DNA from: the human T2T-CHM13v2.0 reference genome, Homo sapiens
Direction: 5' to 3' (one strand)
NCBI RefSeq assembly: GCF_009914755.1
Contig: NC_060944.1
Length of the DNA: 64,000 nt
Position 1 is the stretch's first letter. Every line of letters begins with the position of its first letter. Below are positions 1-64,000 of the stretch, one piece after another. The notes beneath the pieces are model-generated. The model saw only the letters and a list, made by a program, of their open reading frames with translations. It was not told the DNA's origin and did no database searches. The position numbers and the translations under genes are program-made.

Positions 1-329
1 GATTTTCATTTCAGTTTTGTTTTGTTTTTGCTGTTGACTTTTTGGTCCTTTTTCCTCCTTCCCTGTCCTGCCCTGTCTTCCAAATCCCTAAAAAGGTCTC
101 TGGGGACGTAACAGAAAGTTGGGTGGGTCAAGTGACAGGAAGAGATGTCAGGGAGAGGCCAGAGCTGGCAGGGACACAGCTGGAAGGGCAGAGGAGCACC
201 TGGGCAGAAAGGAGCTGGGACAGTGGAGCCCAGGGGAGAGGGTCGGGCAAGGGAGGGGTGGGAGAGGCTGCCCGCAGGAGCCATGGCTGCAGGAACTTAA
301 AAGATTGATCAGCTCCCCTTACCTTGGCC

Positions 330-339
330 CCAAATTTGG
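330..339. promoter_or_regulatory. CArG box (SRF consensus CC[A/T]6GG)
   Basis: CCAAATTTGG exact consensus; function untested. Confidence 0.35.
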
Positions 340-694
340 CCAAACGGGCTAGAGAGAGCCCTGCACAAAAGCACTGGATGGGAGTGTATTGGGGGGTTCC
401 ACCTCCCCTGCCCAATGTCCCTGTGGGTATTTTAACTCTTGGGCTCCCTGGAGGTGAATGAATGACCACAAAGTCCGTGGTGGTATATCTGTTCCCTCCA
501 GAATCCATTCCTTCCCTTCTCTCCCTTTCTTCCTTGGCTCCCAGCATCCGGAGTAGGGAAGAGAAGGAAAGGAAAAGGAAGGGAAGGTGAGGATGAGGCT
601 AGGATGGGGAGAAGGAGGATCTGCTCAATTCACTTAGTCCCCCTGGGTGACACACAGGACCGCTGTGGCGTCCAGGCGGCAGGATGCTGGGCAC

Positions 695-800
695 CTGCCC
701 TGCCGCTCCTGACTTGCTGTGTGGCCTTGAGCAGATCCACTCCCTGCCCAGAGCTTAGTCTCCTCATTTGCAAATTAGGGCTAATAATGGGCACCTGGCA
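695..800. mobile_element. MIR fragment
   Basis: MIR core-like text gctgtgtggccttgagcag…ctcctcatttgcaaattagggctaataat. Confidence 0.6.
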
Positions 801-1331
801 GGGCCTTTGTGCGCACTGGTAGGTATACAGGCAGACAAACAATGAAGACACACCCAGTTGCATTACAAAGGAGAGGTGTGTAAGGTCATAGTGGGAGGTT
901 AGGGCAGGAAGGTTCAGACCAGGAAGAGGTCTGTTCCAGCTTTGGAGCAGCCAGGAGGCCTTCCTAGAGGAGGGGGCACTTGGGCTGGGCTCTGGAGGGC
1001 CCTAGATTTTAGTCAGGAGGCCCCTGGGGCTTGGAGCAGGGCCACTGCATGGAGACTAGAAAATGAAGGGAGGCCAGAGGCCGGGCTGGGGCAGAGGAGG
1101 CTGCAGGTGGAGACTCTGGCTGGGGCTGTGCCACTCCCACTTTCCAGCATTTTGCCTCCTAACAGCTGCAGGAGGGTCAGGCCGAGGGGCTGAGGGTGGG
1201 GGCCATGCATTCCGGTGACTAACTCCACCCCCCTGTCCTGCTGCCCGCTGCCTCCCGCTGATACCCTGCCCCACCCCGCCCTTCCCCACCGGAGGCCTGG
1301 CCCTCTAATGTTGTCTGTCTTCTTCCCCCAG

Positions 1332-18825
<17,494 letters not shown>

Positions 18826-18947
18826 CGGCCTGACCCCCTGGGCTCTAAAGAGGAATGTCTGCTGTTGCACATCTGGCTGAGGCCACCTGCCCCGATCCTG
18901 CCATCTCTGCATCGCCCCCTGCTGCCTTCGGCCTTCCCTGGGCCCTG

Positions 18948-18953
18948 AATAAA
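18948..18953 (+). terminator. MYH7B proximal poly(A) signal AATAAA
   Basis: AATAAA about 120 nt after the stop, followed by a U-rich tract (ttctcattcttttctttgg). Confidence 0.7.
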
Positions 18954-19050
18954 CACCACAGCCAGTTTCCTTCTCATTCTTTTCTTTGGGGTTCAGGAGG
19001 AAAAACACAGTCCTAGGGACAAAAGCCAGGTCCACAGCAGTCATTTTTAA

Positions 19051-19056
19051 AATAAA
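19051..19056 (+). terminator. MYH7B distal poly(A) signal AATAAA
   Basis: AATAAA followed about 25 nt later by a GU/U-rich element (ttggtttatttgctgtt). Confidence 0.7.
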
Positions 19057-19060
19057 GTTA

Positions 19061-19089
19061 TTTAATAGTCTCCATTTAATTGGTTTATT
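19061..19089 (-). terminator. TRPC4AP poly(A) signals (AATAAA 19084-19089; ATTAAA 19075-19080 and 19061-19066, - strand)
   Basis: tttatt and tttaat on + strand at the end of the TRPC4AP 3' UTR. Confidence 0.7.
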
Positions 19090-19782
19090 TGCTGTTAATA
19101 AATTGGCAACACAAGGAAGGGCCCCATGTCCAGGCTCAGGCAGGAGCGGCTGCCTCAGGCAGAGGCAGGGCAGGCACAGCTGCCCCGTGCCTCAAGGGAT
19201 GGAGGGAAAGGCCCCTCACTTCTGGGAGAACCCCCTTGGATGAACACAGCAGCCAATGAGCAAACAGAACCAGAGGAGCTACAGGAAAATGAGGCAGAGG
19301 GGCAGGCTTGGGGGAAGGCAGCATTCTCTGGTACCCACCACCCCTGCCCAGGGCTCAGAAGCCTTTGCCTGGGTCCAAAGGCCAGGGACAAGGGAGGCTT
19401 GGCTCACAGATGGGGGGTGGGGGTCACCCATATCTTCCTCCCCACTCTGGGACTGACTGACAGCCAAGAAACCGGCAGGAGCTCACACAGAGCTAATGCT
19501 AAATGTCCTCTTACCTCTGGGTGGCCCTGGGCCCCAGGGTTCTGAAGGAAAGGTGGGCATGGTACCCTGTCCTCATTATGGGGACTGAGGCTCTCCATGA
19601 CCTAGGGCCCTCAGACCCAGGGGGACCAAGGGCTTCTAGGACTTCCCTCCCACCAAGCCTGTACCCAAAGACCTGGGGCAGGCAGAGAGCAGCAGGGAGG
19701 AACGGGAACAGGGCAGGGCGTGTGGCATCGTACCCACGCTCACCCACACTGGCCCAGCAGCCTCCCGAGGCCTGGCCCAAGG

Positions 19783-61046
<41,264 letters not shown>

Positions 61047-61715
61047 CTACAGAAGACAAAAATGAAACAATCCCCATGCTCAATTCACTCAAGAGATTGG
61101 ATGTGCCTCTCTTTCGCATCCCCTTACATATGGGGCTTAGTGGCTAGATCACTTAGGTTCCTATCCCAGCTCTGTAACTTGCAGCTCTGAAACTTTGGTT
61201 AAGTTACAAAAACCTTTAGAGTCTTTGCTTGTTTATCTGTAAAACGGAACTAATCTACCTCACAGGATTAGTCTGAGGACTAAATTTACCTTTTGAGCAC
61301 CACTGCTTTCAATTGTTCTTGTGGTATATTTTGCCTATTTAAAAAAAAAGGAAATGCCTACCACTCAAGTTTTGGAAATCATAAATTACCATTCTTGCTA
61401 CAGATTTGCTTTTTTAAAAAATAAAATACTTCAAATATAGCTAAAGGCCTCTGTGTATCCCCCATCCAGTCGCATTTTTTTCTCTCCCTGCAGACGTAAA
61501 CATTATTTTGAACTCTGTGTTTATTATTCCCGTGCATGTTTTTATACTTACAAATATTTCCATTAAAATACATGTTACTGCTCTGCATGCACAGTGTGAA
61601 TGATACCATACTATACCTTACTTTTCATCCAACATTTTGAAGTTTATCTACACTGATACAAGCAGCTGATTCAATCACTTCCCGCCGTTTTACCCCACAG
61701 TTTAATCATCTCTCT

Positions 61716-62301
<586 letters not shown>

Positions 62302-63118
62302 CCTTTCTTCTTTTAATACATATTTAGGTAAACTACAGTTTTTCACTATTAAACAATGTTGCAATGAACATTCTTACAGGTACTCTCTGTGTACACATGT
62401 ATGTGACCATTTATCCAGAGTGAGAGCAAGAATTCTTGTCTTTTTCTTGACTTTACCAGAAATAATTCCAAAACATTAAAATTAAGTTCAATATTTGCTG
62501 TAAATTTTAATATCCTATAAGTTAAATTTTAATAAATACCCTATATATAGTTTATAAGTTTTCCTTCTATTGCTAGCTTTTATTAAGAATGATAATTTTA
62601 TGGAATGCCTTGTGCTATTTGGTTCTATTCTCACTCATTACTCCTTAAAATCTGTAAATGGCATGTACTACATCAACTTTTCTCATTTTGAACCATCCCC
62701 GTGCTACTCAGATAACACCTGCTATCCTTCATCCCACTAATTTACTTCCACTGGATTGGGTGTTTCTCTTTCACTGCACAGATCACATGAACTTTTAATA
62801 ATCTGTTCCTGCATCTATTTCCCAAATAATCTGACCATACTTTGATGAAGGCATATATCCTACCCTTTCTCCTGAGACTCAATGCACAGGACCTGGTAGC
62901 AAGGGTATCAGTGAATGTGCCCAAAACGAGTGCATGATTCCTAGAAGCTCTCATGAATCCCATACTCGCCTCTATTTCTAGTAATGGAGGACAGGAATTT
63001 GCTGTGCAGAGGGCATTGGGGAACAACTGCTTCCACTTTTCCTTTTCCCTAGTACAAAACAAATGTAAGCTACTACTATTATTGGCAACTGTAACTTGTA
63101 GCTCACCAGTTCCTCTAG

Positions 63119-63498
<380 letters not shown>

Positions 63499-64000
63499 AA
63501 GAATTTACTTCTTATGTTTTAATTTTTGATATGTACAATACGTATTATGCAGCACAACAAAATGACTAGCTGTGTGTGCCTTTCCTATTGCATCTCTCTG
63601 CCTCTGGGAACCACCATCATTAATTATTATTGCCTTGCCATTTAAAAACTAGTTTTATCAACAAATAATTTGCTTTTTTGAGCTTTATGAAAATGATATA
63701 CTACCTACAGTGTTCTGCAACTGGCTTCTACCACTCGATTATTTCAATTACTCAGCTATGTTGTTGCCTATGGCAACAGTTCATTCATTTCTACTATATA
63801 ATATTCCATTGTGTGAAGAAAGTACATTCATCCCTTCTCCTATTCATGGATCAGAGACTTGGTTTCAGTTTTTTGTTCTGAAACAACGAAGCTACAAATG
63901 TTCTTATGTGTTTCTTGATGCACAGGTGGAGAAGTTTTTGCTGGGGCAGTGGCTTCTAAACTTTTTAGCTATCACCAAGAACGACCACCAGTAAACATAC

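Noticed and set aside
506-590. Pyrimidine tract followed by purine tract with partial complementarity (ccttcccttc / gaagggaagg)
   Set aside because: Low-complexity match of about 10 bp; expected by chance.
19045-19782. miR-499-5p seed site in the TRPC4AP 3' UTR (cis feedback)
   Set aside because: No TAAGAC on the + strand seen in the UTR by eye; the AGTCTTA at 4023-4029 is intronic.

Overview
Human (primate) genomic DNA, recognisable as the chr20q11 MYH7B / TRPC4AP locus. On the + strand, 1-~19,080 holds the last 35 coding exons of the slow/tonic myosin heavy chain gene MYH7B, from the loop-1 microexon to the stop (...ALGPKHKE*). All introns are GT-AG and the phases join into one open frame of 1733 codons plus stop. 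The myomiR hairpin MIR499A (with antisense MIR499B) lies in the 427-nt intron after the loop-2 exon. On the - strand, ~19,045-61,046 holds the last 13 coding exons (578 codons plus stop) and the 3' UTR of TRPC4AP (TRUSS, a CUL4-DDB1 substrate receptor). The two genes converge on an interdigitated cluster of poly(A) signals. TRPC4AP introns carry most of the window's ~30 Alus, a near full-length old L1M (ORF1, EN and RT remnants), a U6 retrocopy, Tigger-family elements, a MADE1 half, nested MLT1/MLT2 LTRs, MIR and L2. The main system (myosin host gene with intronic miRNA, uncoupled from protein output by exon skipping and NMD) is already known, and the predicted premature stop can be read at 1561-1563. 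Observations I do not recognise as described: a near-perfect 47-bp-arm palindrome (56200-56304), a ~355-bp templated local duplication, a candidate intronic muscle enhancer, an RBFOX motif cluster, and a possible -EE C-degron on TRPC4AP itself. Repeat subfamily names and boundaries are by eye and approximate.
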